Source of the DNA: Longimicrobiales bacterium
Lineage (GTDB): Bacteria; Gemmatimonadota; Gemmatimonadetes; Longimicrobiales; Gaopeijiaceae
Direction of reading: 5' to 3'
DNA length: 64,000 nucleotides
Assembly: GCA_965204735.1 (NCBI GenBank)
Contig: OZ242008.1
Location: 3,744,001-3,808,000, forward strand
Shown: positions 48,715-59,103 of the stretch, in pieces
Layout of the letters: each line of letters opens with the position of its first letter
How positions within the stretch are numbered: the stretch's first letter is position 1
Program-made: the position numbers and the translations under genes
Notes under the pieces: model-generated
Seen by the model: only the letters and a program-made list of their open reading frames with translations
What the model was told of the DNA's origin: nothing
Database searches by the model: none

Positions 48715-50415
48715 ATGACCGCCAACACTCCAAGGCGCCATGCGCTCACCGCGTGGCTGCTCGCCGCCGCCCTGTCGGCCGCGTGCTCCGACAACCTGCC
48801 CACGGTCGCTCCCTCGGCGATGCCGCCCGACGCGGGCACGCTCATGGACGACAAACCGGCCGAATTCGCGTCGCACGCAGGCGACGTCATCGACAACTTC
48901 ACGCCCCGACTCGACCTGACGATCCGGGTTGTGGGAGCCTTGGCCCCGAACTCCCTGGTAGTCCTCGAACTTGAGGCCACGGCCAACGAGGCCATCTCCG
49001 CCGGGACCATCGACCTCGTCTTGCCTACCATGGCAGGACTGGCGTACAATGGTCCAGACAGGCATCCGCGTTTTCCTCCTTCGAACAAGATGCCAACGAT
49101 CGGATCATGGACTCTCTCGCAGCTCGCTAGGGGTGCCCATTGGAAGCAGAACGTGTCGATCCGCCTTCCTGACAAAGGCTACTACCAAGTCGCCGTAGAC
49201 GTTCGGACGACCGGGCCCGATCCATTGGGCATGGGTCCGTACTTGATCGACGACACTCACGAACAGGCCTGGATGCTCGTTGTCGAAAGCGGAGGGTCTC
49301 TTACCCGCCAATTTGAGGATTCAGTCTTTCCCGACCGGATCGCTCCACAGCCCGGTCCGTTTCGTGTCCGCCCAGGCAGTCAATCCCGTGCGCAGCCCGA
49401 GGCCCGCTCAGCCAGATCATCGCCGAGCCACACTTGGTTGGAATTCGTGTACTACGACGGTAGCCGGTACGTGCCAGCCGAAGGAACTTACGCGAGTGGC
49501 AAGCTGTACGGCCAGGCGGACAGCACTCGTCGCACCACTAGTTGGAGAGTGCCGAGGAACGGGACCATTAGATTACCTTGTGCGCCCCCGTTTCAGTATT
49601 GGCGAGGCAGTGCCGCCTTGCCGGGCTCGACGTATGCGCGAGGAACCGTGGCCACGTACTACTGGGACGCCGAACCCCATGAGTGTGGAGACACGATTCA
49701 GGTCAACGTTCCACGGGCGCTGTACCTGAGTTGGAGCTACCTAAACGAAGTGATTCCACGAATCAACAGTCACTTCGGCTTTAGCAGGCCAGCGGTCGCT
49801 TGGCAAGTCAACCTGACACAGCGTGGATCACACTTTAGTCCCCAATCCGACGCAATCATGCTCGGACGGTCATACATCGACAAGTGGGTTGTTGCGCACG
49901 AATACGGGCACGCGCTGCAGCACCTGTCGCTAGGAGGACTGTGGAATGCACATAACTGCCGAGACCACTTCATTTTCGTGCCCTCGTCGTATACTTGCGC
50001 TTTTCTGGAAGGATTGGCCGACTACGCGGGCAGCATTGGCGCCCCACGGGAGAGTGCCGAATGGGGAGGTAGTTACGAGAACGTACGCGCATCTCCTAGA
50101 CCGGCCGAGACCGAAGGAAACGTTGCTGCCTTGCTAAGAGACTTGATTGACACAACAAACGAGTACGGTGATAGGACAACCTATTCTGCTCGGTACGTCT
50201 TCGAGGTTTTCAAGACATGTGTATCCGGCGGGGCAGCTCGCAACGACGTAACCGACTTCGTTTGGTGCCTGGAAAACCGGGTGGACGCTACGGTGCACCG
50301 GACCAACTTTCCAACGCGCCACGTCCCCTCGTCGGTGGCCGAAAGGGCAAGCGAGCCATTGTCTTGGAACGCGGACCACATTCGGTCGACCTGGCTCAAG
50401 AATGTCGGCCGCTAG
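48715..50415 (+). CDS. Secreted lipoprotein with HExxH zinc-metallopeptidase motif
   Basis: LSAAC lipobox; AHEYGHALQH...FLEGLADY; lower GC. Confidence 0.78.
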   Translation: MTANTPRRHALTAWLLAAALSAACSDNLPTVAPSAMPPDAGTLMDDKPAEFASHAGDVIDNFTPRLDLTIRVVGALAPNSLVVLELEATANEAISAGTIDLVLPTMAGLAYNGPDRHPRFPPSNKMPTIGSWTLSQLARGAHWKQNVSIRLPDKGYYQVAVDVRTTGPDPLGMGPYLIDDTHEQAWMLVVESGGSLTRQFEDSVFPDRIAPQPGPFRVRPGSQSRAQPEARSARSSPSHTWLEFVYYDGSRYVPAEGTYASGKLYGQADSTRRTTSWRVPRNGTIRLPCAPPFQYWRGSAALPGSTYARGTVATYYWDAEPHECGDTIQVNVPRALYLSWSYLNEVIPRINSHFGFSRPAVAWQVNLTQRGSHFSPQSDAIMLGRSYIDKWVVAHEYGHALQHLSLGGLWNAHNCRDHFIFVPSSYTCAFLEGLADYAGSIGAPRESAEWGGSYENVRASPRPAETEGNVAALLRDLIDTTNEYGDRTTYSARYVFEVFKTCVSGGAARNDVTDFVWCLENRVDATVHRTNFPTRHVPSSVAERASEPLSWNADHIRSTWLKNVGR

Positions 50416-50422
50416 CGCGCAC

Positions 50423-50998
50423 ATGGCAGGTGCGCGGCACCTCGTCGCACGCTTTGACGCCGCGCACTTGCGGACGCTTCGGGCCGTCGGCTTGCTGGTC
50501 GTCGGCTTGGCTAGCGGGTGCAACGATGGTTGTTGTTGGCTTCAGATGAGTCCGGGACACTGGTACAGTCCGGTCCCAGGTGAGAGCTGGAACAGCCTTC
50601 TCGAAGACACGGTCGGACTCGCGGGCTTGCAGATCGACGTACGTGGTCGGACTTTCGTCGCAAAGAACTTCTTGGACGCGCGGGACAACGAGGTGCGCGT
50701 GAAGGTGGGGAGGGCTGGGCGCGTTAGCGTTGCTGCCAAGCTGGTGCACGGAGACTCGGTCGTTGCAGACGGCGTGGCGTCTTGGTTGCTCGAACCCGAA
50801 ACGTTTTGGAGCCTGAGGATCATGCGCGGACCCGGATCCGTCGGGTGTCCAGGCCGGTGCGACGAATACGTAGTGATTCCGATAGCGGAGGCGGCCGTCC
50901 GCTACCCCGGAGAGGCACTTTGGCTCTCCTGGACAGCTTGGCCGCACGACCCCGACCCCAACATCATCTACAGGAACGTGGCCAACGCCGCCTCATGA
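50423..50998 (+). CDS. Hypothetical lipoprotein
   Basis: LASGC lipobox; starts 7 nt after the peptidase gene stop. Confidence 0.6.
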   Translation: MAGARHLVARFDAAHLRTLRAVGLLVVGLASGCNDGCCWLQMSPGHWYSPVPGESWNSLLEDTVGLAGLQIDVRGRTFVAKNFLDARDNEVRVKVGRAGRVSVAAKLVHGDSVVADGVASWLLEPETFWSLRIMRGPGSVGCPGRCDEYVVIPIAEAAVRYPGEALWLSWTAWPHDPDPNIIYRNVANAAS

Positions 50999-51155
50999 CG
51001 TCGAGAAAACATGTCCACTGGCTGGGCCCTGGACCGGGGCGCCCGCTGCCGCGTGTTCCGCATTCAGCCGACGACGGGACGGTTGACGGCCCAGTCGGGC
51101 ACGCGCCATGTTCAGCGCAACGTCATTCACTCACCTGCCATAAGGCGAACAGAAG

Positions 51156-51707
51156 ATGACCAACAAGAACGCAAGACTCGTGCTGGCGGGGACGGCAGCC
51201 GCCTTGGTCGCGTGCGGCCCTTCCGGTGACGGCGACGACGCGCACGGCTCCGAAGCTCGCGAGGCCGAGGTCGCGGCGACGCCCGCGGACGGCGAGGAGT
51301 CGGCCGAGCAGCTGGCCAAGGACCAGACCTACGACCACGAGCGGATGGGCTCGCGCCTGGTGCTCGCGTACGACGAACAGGCCCGCTCGTTCGCCGGGAC
51401 CGTGGAGAACGTCGGCGCCGAGCCGCTGACCCGGGTGCGGGTGGAAGTCCATCTGTCCAACGGCGTCGAACTCGGGCCGACGACCCCGGTCGACCTGGCT
51501 CCCGGCGAGAGCCGCTCCGTGTCCTTGGAGGCTTCCGAGGCGCCCTTCGAGACGTGGAGCGCCCATGCAGAGGTCGGCGGTGCGGAAGGCGAGCACGAAC
51601 ACGAGGGCGAGGAAAGCGAGCACGGGGAAAGGGAGTCGGGCGAGCACGAGGGCTCTGAGAAGTCGGCCGAAGGCAAGGAGTCCCGCGAACACGGCAGCAG
51701 AAGCTGA
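51156..51707 (+). CDS. Lipoprotein with FxLYD-like domain and His/Glu-rich tail
   Basis: LVAC lipobox; GTVENV...VRVEVHL...LAPGE; EHEHEGEESEHG tail. Confidence 0.75.
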   Translation: MTNKNARLVLAGTAAALVACGPSGDGDDAHGSEAREAEVAATPADGEESAEQLAKDQTYDHERMGSRLVLAYDEQARSFAGTVENVGAEPLTRVRVEVHLSNGVELGPTTPVDLAPGESRSVSLEASEAPFETWSAHAEVGGAEGEHEHEGEESEHGERESGEHEGSEKSAEGKESREHGSRS

Positions 51708-51858
51708 CGGACGGCCTCCTCGGCCCGACCACGACAGCCGACGTCCCGCCGGGCAGACGATCGACATCCAACCGGGTTGCCGGTCCTTCAAGACGGGGAG
51801 CACCCACGCCGAAGTGGCCCAGCGGCGACGACCGTCCGGACCCCGAGGAGCCCTACTA

Positions 51859-54786
51859 CTACCTCAGTGCTGCCAGCGCCGCCTTGTTGTTGCCGTGCAC
51901 CGAGGGCTCGCGGCACCAAAGGCTCCGCAGTTCCGCTACGACCTTCTCCGCCCACATCGGCAGCGCGAGCATCTGCACGACCGCGCCGTCGATCTCTTGA
52001 CGGACTGAGTCCCTGTGGGCTTGGCATAGGGGCAGGAGCGGCTTGTCCTTGAGGCGGTCGAAAGCGGCAGCGGCGGCGGCAAGCGCCGGGGCGCCCAGAC
52101 GGTCCAGGAGCGGCACAGGCATCTGCCTTAGGGCGCCGATTTGCGTCGTGGCGCGCCCGGTCTGGGTGCGCTGGCCCCGCGACCAGTGGAGCAGGCTGCC
52201 CAAGGTGGAGTTGGCCCAGAGCGAGAACGCCTTGAGAACGTGAGGGTCGGCGTGCTCGAGCGCCGTCCATGCGCGCCCGCCCATCACCGGCTTGCTCGTA
52301 GTCGCCGCAAGGAGCGATTGCGACGTCCATCTCAAGTTGCGCGCGTAGAACAGCGTGCTTGATCGCTTTCGCATGCGGTCCTGATCCCGCTCCTCGAGCG
52401 ACCTGGACACGTAGCCCTTGTGCGTCGGCAGGACTTCCAACTGCCGCTGCGTCTTCGCGTCGGCCCTCCACAAGGCGTTGTCTCCGACGATGGCGGCGCC
52501 GGGCCGCAAGGGGTGGAACTCGAAGGCGCCTCGCGGGTCGCCCCCGACCGGATGGCCGATCAGGTCGTGGGTCGGCCCCACGGCGAAGAGGTCTTCGATG
52601 CGACCGAAGGCTACGCTTGCCGCCGCCGACCGGAGACCGGCCAAGTCGCGGAACTGGCCGGACGCGCCGAATGCGCCCGCAAAAGCGCCCAGCGCCGGCG
52701 AGGCTGCGCCCAGCGGGCTCCAAGGCCGGCCCGAGCCGTCGGTCTCGAAGGCGACCGCATGGCCGATTTCGTCGTCGCCGGCGCGGACCGGAAAGTGGCC
52801 GCTGCCCATCTCGCGGATCGCGCGCGCAACGCTCCGCGCCGTCTCGCGGGCGAAAGCGGCGTCCACCAACGGCTCGTACAGGGTCACGCACCGGACCGCT
52901 TCGGCGCCGCCCTTGCCGTTCGCCCGCTTCGTGGCCACCAGCATCATCTCCTCCATGCCCGTGTCGGCCGAGATCGCGTCCTTGCCAAGAGCCTTCCCAC
53001 CCAGGACCGCAACCGCCACGACGTGCTCGTATCCCGTCTCCAGGAGCCGCCGCGTCTGCGTCCAGGTGTCGGCAAAGGCGGCAGTCAATGGGAGCACGAA
53101 GCCGAGCCGACCGCCGGGGCGCAGCTTCTGGTCGGCCAAGGCCAGGAACGAGGCGGCCATGCCGGCTTGGTTGCTGGCGGCCTTGTGCCGCGTGAGTTCG
53201 CGCCAACGCCGTTGGCAAGCCTTGCGTTCGGCGTCCGTCAGGCCGGCCACGTCGAAGGCGCTCTGGCCGCCTCGCGTGCGGGAGTACGGCGGGTTCATCA
53301 GCACCCACAACAGAGAGCCGTCGCCGACGTGGACCGAACCGTCGGCCTCTTCCTCGATGCCCGTCGAGCGTCCGCCCGCCGTTCCGAACAAGTCGTCCAC
53401 CTGGTCGGCCTGGAAGTACTCCAGAGCGCCCGTCTTCGGCGGCGTTCCGCCCACCCTGATCCAGCCCACGTGATCGGCGCGGTACGGGTCGCCGCTCCCC
53501 ATGGCCGCCAAGGACGAAGACGTGAGATGGGACGCAATCGGACTGATGTCGGTTCCGTACAAGCCCGCCTCCATGGCCGTCTTGTGCAGCCGCGCCGTGG
53601 ACGCGACGGACGCAGCGCCCGACGCCTCGTGCAAAGCCGCGACGCGACGGTACCCCGCGCGCAGAAGCGTACCCGTTCCGCAAGCCATGTCGGCGAGACG
53701 GGCGTGCCTCCAGAGCGCGGGGTCGCCCCACGAGGTCTCGGGCGGCAGCGACTCCTCGGTGATCGTCAAGGTCGCCAAGAACTCGGCGGCCGCCGGTTGG
53801 GTATAGAAGGCGGCGGCTTCCTTGCGGTCGTCGCTGAGCTTGGGAAAGAGTTCCGCGCCAACGTTGAGGTGCGCTCCCAGCCGTCTGGCCCTGATCGCAT
53901 GGACCGCCTTCAGCAGACAGCGAAGCGCGCTGGACGTCCCATGCCCGCAGATTGCTCCGGCCTTGTCCATGGTACTCTGGGCCGGCCCGAAGATGGGTCG
54001 CCAGTTCTTCTCCAGAATCGCTCGCCACGCCGTGGCAAGGTCCTCGGGGATCGGGCAGCCTGCCGAGTCGCGACACGATGCCGGGGAAGGGACCCACTCG
54101 TGCCGTTCGTGAAGCGCCGCCTGGGTCAGCAGCGCATTGAGCCAGAGCACCATCGTGGTCGTGAGCCCCTTCAACCCCGTGCGCTGCTGCACGTGAGCGG
54201 CGATGCGTTCCTGCTGGTGGGCAGTCGTGGCGCCTTGGAGCCTGTCGGCGGCCCACTGCACTTGCTGCGCAACGTAGGTCGCCGTTTGGTCGACGGCTTC
54301 TCTGGGCAGCGCCGCGAGCGGCAGCATCGCCGCAAGATCAAACACCGTGCCCACGACGAATCCCCGCTCGGGCCAACGTCGCGGCGCGCCTTCGCCCGCG
54401 CGCTGGTGGAAGGAGTAAGTCAGCTCGGAGCCGGCCAGGAGTTCTTGCTCGATCTGCTCCCGCGCATGTTGTCGGTAGTCCGCCGGCACGTGGACCGCAA
54501 CGGCACTTTCGATGGGCAATCCCTTTGTCGCCGTCTCGAGTCCCAGACGACCCACCGCGTCCCGGTCCGCGTCCCTGGCATCGAAAGACGCCTCGATCGC
54601 CACGGGCCAAGCGTCGCCGTCCGCAACGAGGATGTCGGGATGCTTGCCGGGCGCGTCGGCAATGGTCCGCGTCCGCTCCACCTGCACGGCGTCCGGCGAT
54701 TGCCGCCACTTGGCGACCGCTTGCCGCAACGCCGCCCCCAGCGCCTCGTTGAAGGACGGCTCCGTCGTCGGTCCACGTCGAGACAC
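51859..54786 (-). CDS. Type IIG-like fused restriction-modification protein (N6-adenine MTase)
   Basis: AAGGAG RBS then GTG; N-terminal PD...IEA; AAFYT, DMACGTGTLL, MNPPY; C-terminal TRD-like region. Confidence 0.85.
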   Translation of the reverse strand: MSRRGPTTEPSFNEALGAALRQAVAKWRQSPDAVQVERTRTIADAPGKHPDILVADGDAWPVAIEASFDARDADRDAVGRLGLETATKGLPIESAVAVHVPADYRQHAREQIEQELLAGSELTYSFHQRAGEGAPRRWPERGFVVGTVFDLAAMLPLAALPREAVDQTATYVAQQVQWAADRLQGATTAHQQERIAAHVQQRTGLKGLTTTMVLWLNALLTQAALHERHEWVPSPASCRDSAGCPIPEDLATAWRAILEKNWRPIFGPAQSTMDKAGAICGHGTSSALRCLLKAVHAIRARRLGAHLNVGAELFPKLSDDRKEAAAFYTQPAAAEFLATLTITEESLPPETSWGDPALWRHARLADMACGTGTLLRAGYRRVAALHEASGAASVASTARLHKTAMEAGLYGTDISPIASHLTSSSLAAMGSGDPYRADHVGWIRVGGTPPKTGALEYFQADQVDDLFGTAGGRSTGIEEEADGSVHVGDGSLLWVLMNPPYSRTRGGQSAFDVAGLTDAERKACQRRWRELTRHKAASNQAGMAASFLALADQKLRPGGRLGFVLPLTAAFADTWTQTRRLLETGYEHVVAVAVLGGKALGKDAISADTGMEEMMLVATKRANGKGGAEAVRCVTLYEPLVDAAFARETARSVARAIREMGSGHFPVRAGDDEIGHAVAFETDGSGRPWSPLGAASPALGAFAGAFGASGQFRDLAGLRSAAASVAFGRIEDLFAVGPTHDLIGHPVGGDPRGAFEFHPLRPGAAIVGDNALWRADAKTQRQLEVLPTHKGYVSRSLEERDQDRMRKRSSTLFYARNLRWTSQSLLAATTSKPVMGGRAWTALEHADPHVLKAFSLWANSTLGSLLHWSRGQRTQTGRATTQIGALRQMPVPLLDRLGAPALAAAAAAFDRLKDKPLLPLCQAHRDSVRQEIDGAVVQMLALPMWAEKVVAELRSLWCREPSVHGNNKAALAALR

Positions 54787-54958
54787 GATCTGCTCCTTGT
54801 CGTTCAGTCGGTCGGCCGCGCGGTCCGGCAACATGGTCCGGCGACGACGGGCGGCGCAGAACAGTCGCCTGCGGCGGATTTCCAGCACCTGAAATGTCCC
54901 GGCCAATGTCCCACTTTTTGGGCTGTCGATGTCCCGAAAGCGGTCTTGCCCCGTCTGC

Positions 54959-55591
54959 TCACGGGCTCAGCCGTCGCCGCCGCCATTCCCCCGTAGCCGG
55001 GTCGCGTTCGTACGCGAAGCGGTCGTGGAGGCGAAAGGGGCCTTCCTGCCAGAACTCCACGGCCTCGGGGACGATCCGAAACCCGGACCAGTGGGGCGGA
55101 CGGGGGACGGCTCCATCCCGGAAGCGCCGCTCGCACGCCGCCACTCGCTCCTCCAGCGCCCGGCGGCTTTCGACCTCGCGGCTCTGGTCCGAAGCCCAAG
55201 CGCCGATGCTGCTGCCTCGGGGGCGGGCGGCGAAGTAGGCGTCGGCCTCGGCGGCGGACACGGGCTCGACCGGCCCCCGCAAGCGGACCTGCCGGCCCCT
55301 TCCGTTCGGCGGCTGCCAGTGGAAGGTCATCCCCGCCCAGGGGTGCTCGTGCAGGGCGCGAGCCTTGTTGGACTCCAGGTTGGTGTAGAAGACGAAGCCG
55401 CGAGCGCCGAACTCCTTCATCAGGACCATCCGTCCCTCGGGCGTGCGGTTCGGGCCCAGCGTGGAGAGGCAGGCTGCCTCCGCCAACACCACTCCCGGGT
55501 CCTCCCGAGCCTGCTCGAACCAGCGCCGGAACTGCTCGACGGGATCGGACGAGAGATCGGTCGCCGACAAAGCCTTCCAAGACGGGTCCAT
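54959..55591 (-). CDS. pdxH: Pyridoxine/pyridoxamine 5'-phosphate oxidase
   Basis: RMVLMK, FYTNLESNK, RPRGSSIGAWASDQS, EFWQ...RLHDRF, RLSP. Confidence 0.95.
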   Translation of the reverse strand: MDPSWKALSATDLSSDPVEQFRRWFEQAREDPGVVLAEAACLSTLGPNRTPEGRMVLMKEFGARGFVFYTNLESNKARALHEHPWAGMTFHWQPPNGRGRQVRLRGPVEPVSAAEADAYFAARPRGSSIGAWASDQSREVESRRALEERVAACERRFRDGAVPRPPHWSGFRIVPEAVEFWQEGPFRLHDRFAYERDPATGEWRRRRLSP

Positions 55592-55597
55592 GGCGCG

Positions 55598-57001
55598 CTA
55601 CCTGGAGTCGTCGCCGGCGCCGGCCGGGGCGACAGCCCTTCCCAGCTGGAACGCAAGCGATTCCTCGAGCCCCGGGTAGGCGAACTCGAAGCCTTCGCGG
55701 ATGGCGGCTTCGGGAAGAACGCGGGCGCCGTCGAGCAGCAGGGCCTTGCCCATTTCGCCGAAGATCGCCCGGATCGCCAACGACGGCGCCGGCGCCACCG
55801 TCGGTCGCTTCAGGACCCGTCCCAGAACCGTCGTGAAGGTGGCGTTGGACACGGGATGAGGGGCCGTGGCGTTCACCGGTCCCCGCATCGATTTCGTGGC
55901 GAGCGCATGGAAGATCAGCGCCACCAGGTCGTCGTGGTCGATCCAGCTGACGTACTGCCGGCCCGTCCCCAACCGTCCTCCTGCTCCCAGCTTGAAGGGC
56001 AGGAGCATCGTTCCCAGCGCTCCGCCGGCGGGGCTCAGCACGACTCCGGTGCGCAGGTTGACGACCCGGATGCCCGAGCGGCGCGCTTGGTTCGCCTCCG
56101 CTTCCCACTCCTGGCACACCTCGGCAAGGAAGCCCCTTCCCGCCTTGCCGTCCTCCGCGAGCCGCTCGGCGCCTCGCGCGCCGTACCAGCCGACCGCCGA
56201 CGACGAGACCAGAACCGCCGGGGGCCGGCGCAAGCTGTTCAATGCCGCCACGAGCGCCCTCGTGCCCACGACGCGGCTCTTCCGGATCGCCTCCTTCTTC
56301 GCGGGAGTCCAGCGGCTTCCCGAGATGCTCTCGCCGGCCAAGTGCACGACCGCGTCCACGCCCTCCAGACGCTCGGCCTCGATCCGGTTCTCCATCGGGT
56401 CCCACTGGATCTCGCCCCTGGAACGGTCGGGCTTGCGCCGCACGATCGGTCGGACGTCGTGGCCGCCGGTCGTCAGGAAGTGGCGAAGGGACGAGCCGAC
56501 GAAGCCGCCGGCCCCGGTGACCGCCACGATCATGGGGGAACCTCGGTACGCGGAGTGGCGCCCCAGGTCGTGGGTCAGCCGCTTCTGTCGGAAGGCGAAG
56601 TGGCGGCGGAGCTGCTCGTCCACGACGCCCCGGGCAAGAGACGTCGCTCCGGGGCCCAGCGGGGGCTCCCACTCGATGCGGTCCCGAAGCAAGGCGCCGC
56701 CGTCGGCGGGCTTGAACTCGTGGGTGTGGCGCCAGCGGGCGAGGGGGCCGGACTCCTGTTCGTCCCGGAAGAGCCGGCCGTGCTCGAACTCCGTGTGGCG
56801 CAGCTTCCAGTCGATCTTGAAGGGGCCGCGCCGCAACTTCAGATGAACGAGGCCGCCGTCGTCGATTCCGCCTTCGCGAGCGACCACCCGGACGTTCTCC
56901 CACGGCGGGAGAAGGCGCTCCAGCGCGCCGGGCCGCATGTGCCAGTCGAAGACGGCGTCGACCGGAAACGGAAGCCGGGCTTCGTGACGGAACTCAGGCA
57001 T
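55598..57001 (-). CDS. TIGR01777 family oxidoreductase with N-terminal SRPBCC domain
   Basis: WHMRPGALERLLPPW; TGAGGFVG, HLAGESI, SWIDHDD, GPVNATAP. Confidence 0.9.
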   Translation of the reverse strand: MPEFRHEARLPFPVDAVFDWHMRPGALERLLPPWENVRVVAREGGIDDGGLVHLKLRRGPFKIDWKLRHTEFEHGRLFRDEQESGPLARWRHTHEFKPADGGALLRDRIEWEPPLGPGATSLARGVVDEQLRRHFAFRQKRLTHDLGRHSAYRGSPMIVAVTGAGGFVGSSLRHFLTTGGHDVRPIVRRKPDRSRGEIQWDPMENRIEAERLEGVDAVVHLAGESISGSRWTPAKKEAIRKSRVVGTRALVAALNSLRRPPAVLVSSSAVGWYGARGAERLAEDGKAGRGFLAEVCQEWEAEANQARRSGIRVVNLRTGVVLSPAGGALGTMLLPFKLGAGGRLGTGRQYVSWIDHDDLVALIFHALATKSMRGPVNATAPHPVSNATFTTVLGRVLKRPTVAPAPSLAIRAIFGEMGKALLLDGARVLPEAAIREGFEFAYPGLEESLAFQLGRAVAPAGAGDDSR

Positions 57002-57236
57002 GAGCGGCGGGACGGGGGATGGTCAAGGGGGGCTCCTCCGGGGGCTTCCGTCGACTCCTCGCGGGAGTCGCGCCCGCTGGTTGCGCAGCCGTTTGCCGCC
57101 GCACGTGGTTCGCCCACGTTCGAGCATCATGATAGAATGGTTGCAGCACCGGGCAAAGAATGCGTCGCGGCCGAGCCTGGACCGGCGCCCTGGCCTGCGG
57201 CAACCCGTCTCGAACAACTCCTCAAAGGATCGCCCG

Positions 57237-59060
57237 ATGAAGACGAGCCCCCGGTCCTCCAAAGCCGCCCTTCCGCAGGTCTTCGGGCTGGCGTTCGCGT
57301 TGGCGGTTCCGAGCGCGCTGGCGCTGGCCGGCCTCCCGACGCTTGCGGGAGCCCAGTCGCTGGCCGTCGTGGGCGTTCGCGTCTTCGACGGCGAGGAGGT
57401 GATCGAGCGCGCAACCGTGCTGGTCGAGGACGGCGTGATCGCCGTGGTCGGCCCCGACGCGCCCGTCCCCGCCGGCGTCGAGACGATCGACGGCGCCGGG
57501 CGGACGCTGCTGCCGGGCTTCATCGACGGGCACGGCCACTCCCAGGGCGACGCGCTGCGCCGGGCCGCCGTCTTCGGGACCACCACCGTGGCGGACATGT
57601 TCACCGAGGCCGCGTGGGCAGCCGAACAGCGCGCGCAGCAGGCGGCGGGAGAGGCCAACGACCGGGCAGACCTCTTCTCCTCGGGCACCCTCGCCACCCC
57701 TCCGGGCGGTCACGGCACCCAGTACGGAATCCCCATCCCCACGCTCTCGACGCCCGAAGAGGCCGACGCGTGGGTGGCGGACCGGATCGAGGAAGGCTCC
57801 GACTACATCAAGATCGTGATCGAGGACGGCACGGTGATCGACCTCGAGACGCCCACCCTGGACCTGCCCACCGTGCAGGCGCTGGTCCAGGCTGCCCGGA
57901 GCCGGGGGAAGCTGGCCGTCGCCCACGCCACGACGGTGGAGGCCGCGCGCACGGCCCTGGCCGCCGACGTGGACGGCTTGGTCCACATCTTCGGCGACGA
58001 GCCGCCGCCGGAGGACTTCGCCCCCGCAGCCGCCGAGGCCGGCATCTTCGTCGTGCCCACGCTGACCGTGCTGGAGAGCCTGACGACCGGGGCGTCCGGC
58101 GCCCCCTTGGCCGACGATCCCCACATCGGCCCCGTCGCGACTTCGCAGGAACGGGCGCAGCTCGCTTCCACCTACCCCAGGAGCGCGGCGGAGGGATACG
58201 CCCTGCAGCACGCCGTCGACGCCGTGGCCGCCCTCCACGCCGCGGGCGTGCCGGTCCTTGCGGGCACCGACTACCCCAACCCGGGAACGTCGCCCGGAAT
58301 CAGCATGCACCGGGAGTTCGAGCTGCTCGCTTCGGCCGGCTTCTCGCCCGCGGAAGCGCTGGCCGCAGCCACGTCGCGACCCGCCGACGCCTTCGGCTTG
58401 GACGACCGGGGACGGATCGCTCCCGGCAAGCGGGCCGACTTGGTGCTGGTGGAGGGGAACCCGCTGGAGGACGTGACGGCGGCGCGGCAGATCGTCGGCG
58501 TGTGGAAGGGCGGCGTCGCCATCGACCGGACGAAGCCGGAGGAAGTGGCGGCGGCGGCGGCCCAGCCGGGACCGGTCGCCGACTTTGACGGCGGCGAAGC
58601 GACCACGGCCTACGGGAGCGGCTGGATGGACTCCACCGACGACATCGTGGGAGGCAACTCCACCGTGAGCGCCGAGATCGGCGACGGGGGCGCGGAGGGG
58701 AGCGCCCACTACCTGGCGGTCTCCGGCGAGATCGGCGACGGCTTCGGCTTTCCCTGGGCGGGAGAGATGTTCTATCCCGGGGCGACGCCGATGGCGCCCG
58801 TGGACCTCTCCGCGGCCGCGGAGCTCGTCTTCTGGGCCCGCGGCGAACCGGGCACGTATCGGGTGATGATGTTCTGCCAAGCCCTCGGTCCGATGCCCAC
58901 CATGCAGACCTTCGACGTAGGGAGCGAGTGGCGGCAGGTGGTCCTTCGCTTCAACGCCTTCCCCGGCCTGGACGCATCGGGCCTCACGGGCGTCCTCTGG
59001 ACGGGGGGACCCGCCACGGGACCGTTCCAATTCGACATCGACCAGATCGAAGTTCGCTAG
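57237..59060 (+). CDS. Secreted amidohydrolase with C-terminal CIA30-like domain
   Basis: Signal peptide; LLPGFIDGHGH, LAGTD, GRIAPGKRADLVLV. Confidence 0.88.
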   Translation: MKTSPRSSKAALPQVFGLAFALAVPSALALAGLPTLAGAQSLAVVGVRVFDGEEVIERATVLVEDGVIAVVGPDAPVPAGVETIDGAGRTLLPGFIDGHGHSQGDALRRAAVFGTTTVADMFTEAAWAAEQRAQQAAGEANDRADLFSSGTLATPPGGHGTQYGIPIPTLSTPEEADAWVADRIEEGSDYIKIVIEDGTVIDLETPTLDLPTVQALVQAARSRGKLAVAHATTVEAARTALAADVDGLVHIFGDEPPPEDFAPAAAEAGIFVVPTLTVLESLTTGASGAPLADDPHIGPVATSQERAQLASTYPRSAAEGYALQHAVDAVAALHAAGVPVLAGTDYPNPGTSPGISMHREFELLASAGFSPAEALAAATSRPADAFGLDDRGRIAPGKRADLVLVEGNPLEDVTAARQIVGVWKGGVAIDRTKPEEVAAAAAQPGPVADFDGGEATTAYGSGWMDSTDDIVGGNSTVSAEIGDGGAEGSAHYLAVSGEIGDGFGFPWAGEMFYPGATPMAPVDLSAAAELVFWARGEPGTYRVMMFCQALGPMPTMQTFDVGSEWRQVVLRFNAFPGLDASGLTGVLWTGGPATGPFQFDIDQIEVR

Positions 59061-59103
59061 CAAGCAGATTCGCAGGCGACGAACAGCAAAGCGAGGTTGA
59101 GAC

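Noticed and set aside
9882..50998. Integron-like cassette array explaining the low-GC secreted genes
   Set aside because: No integrase, no repeated attC-like hairpins, and genes are dispersed on both strands
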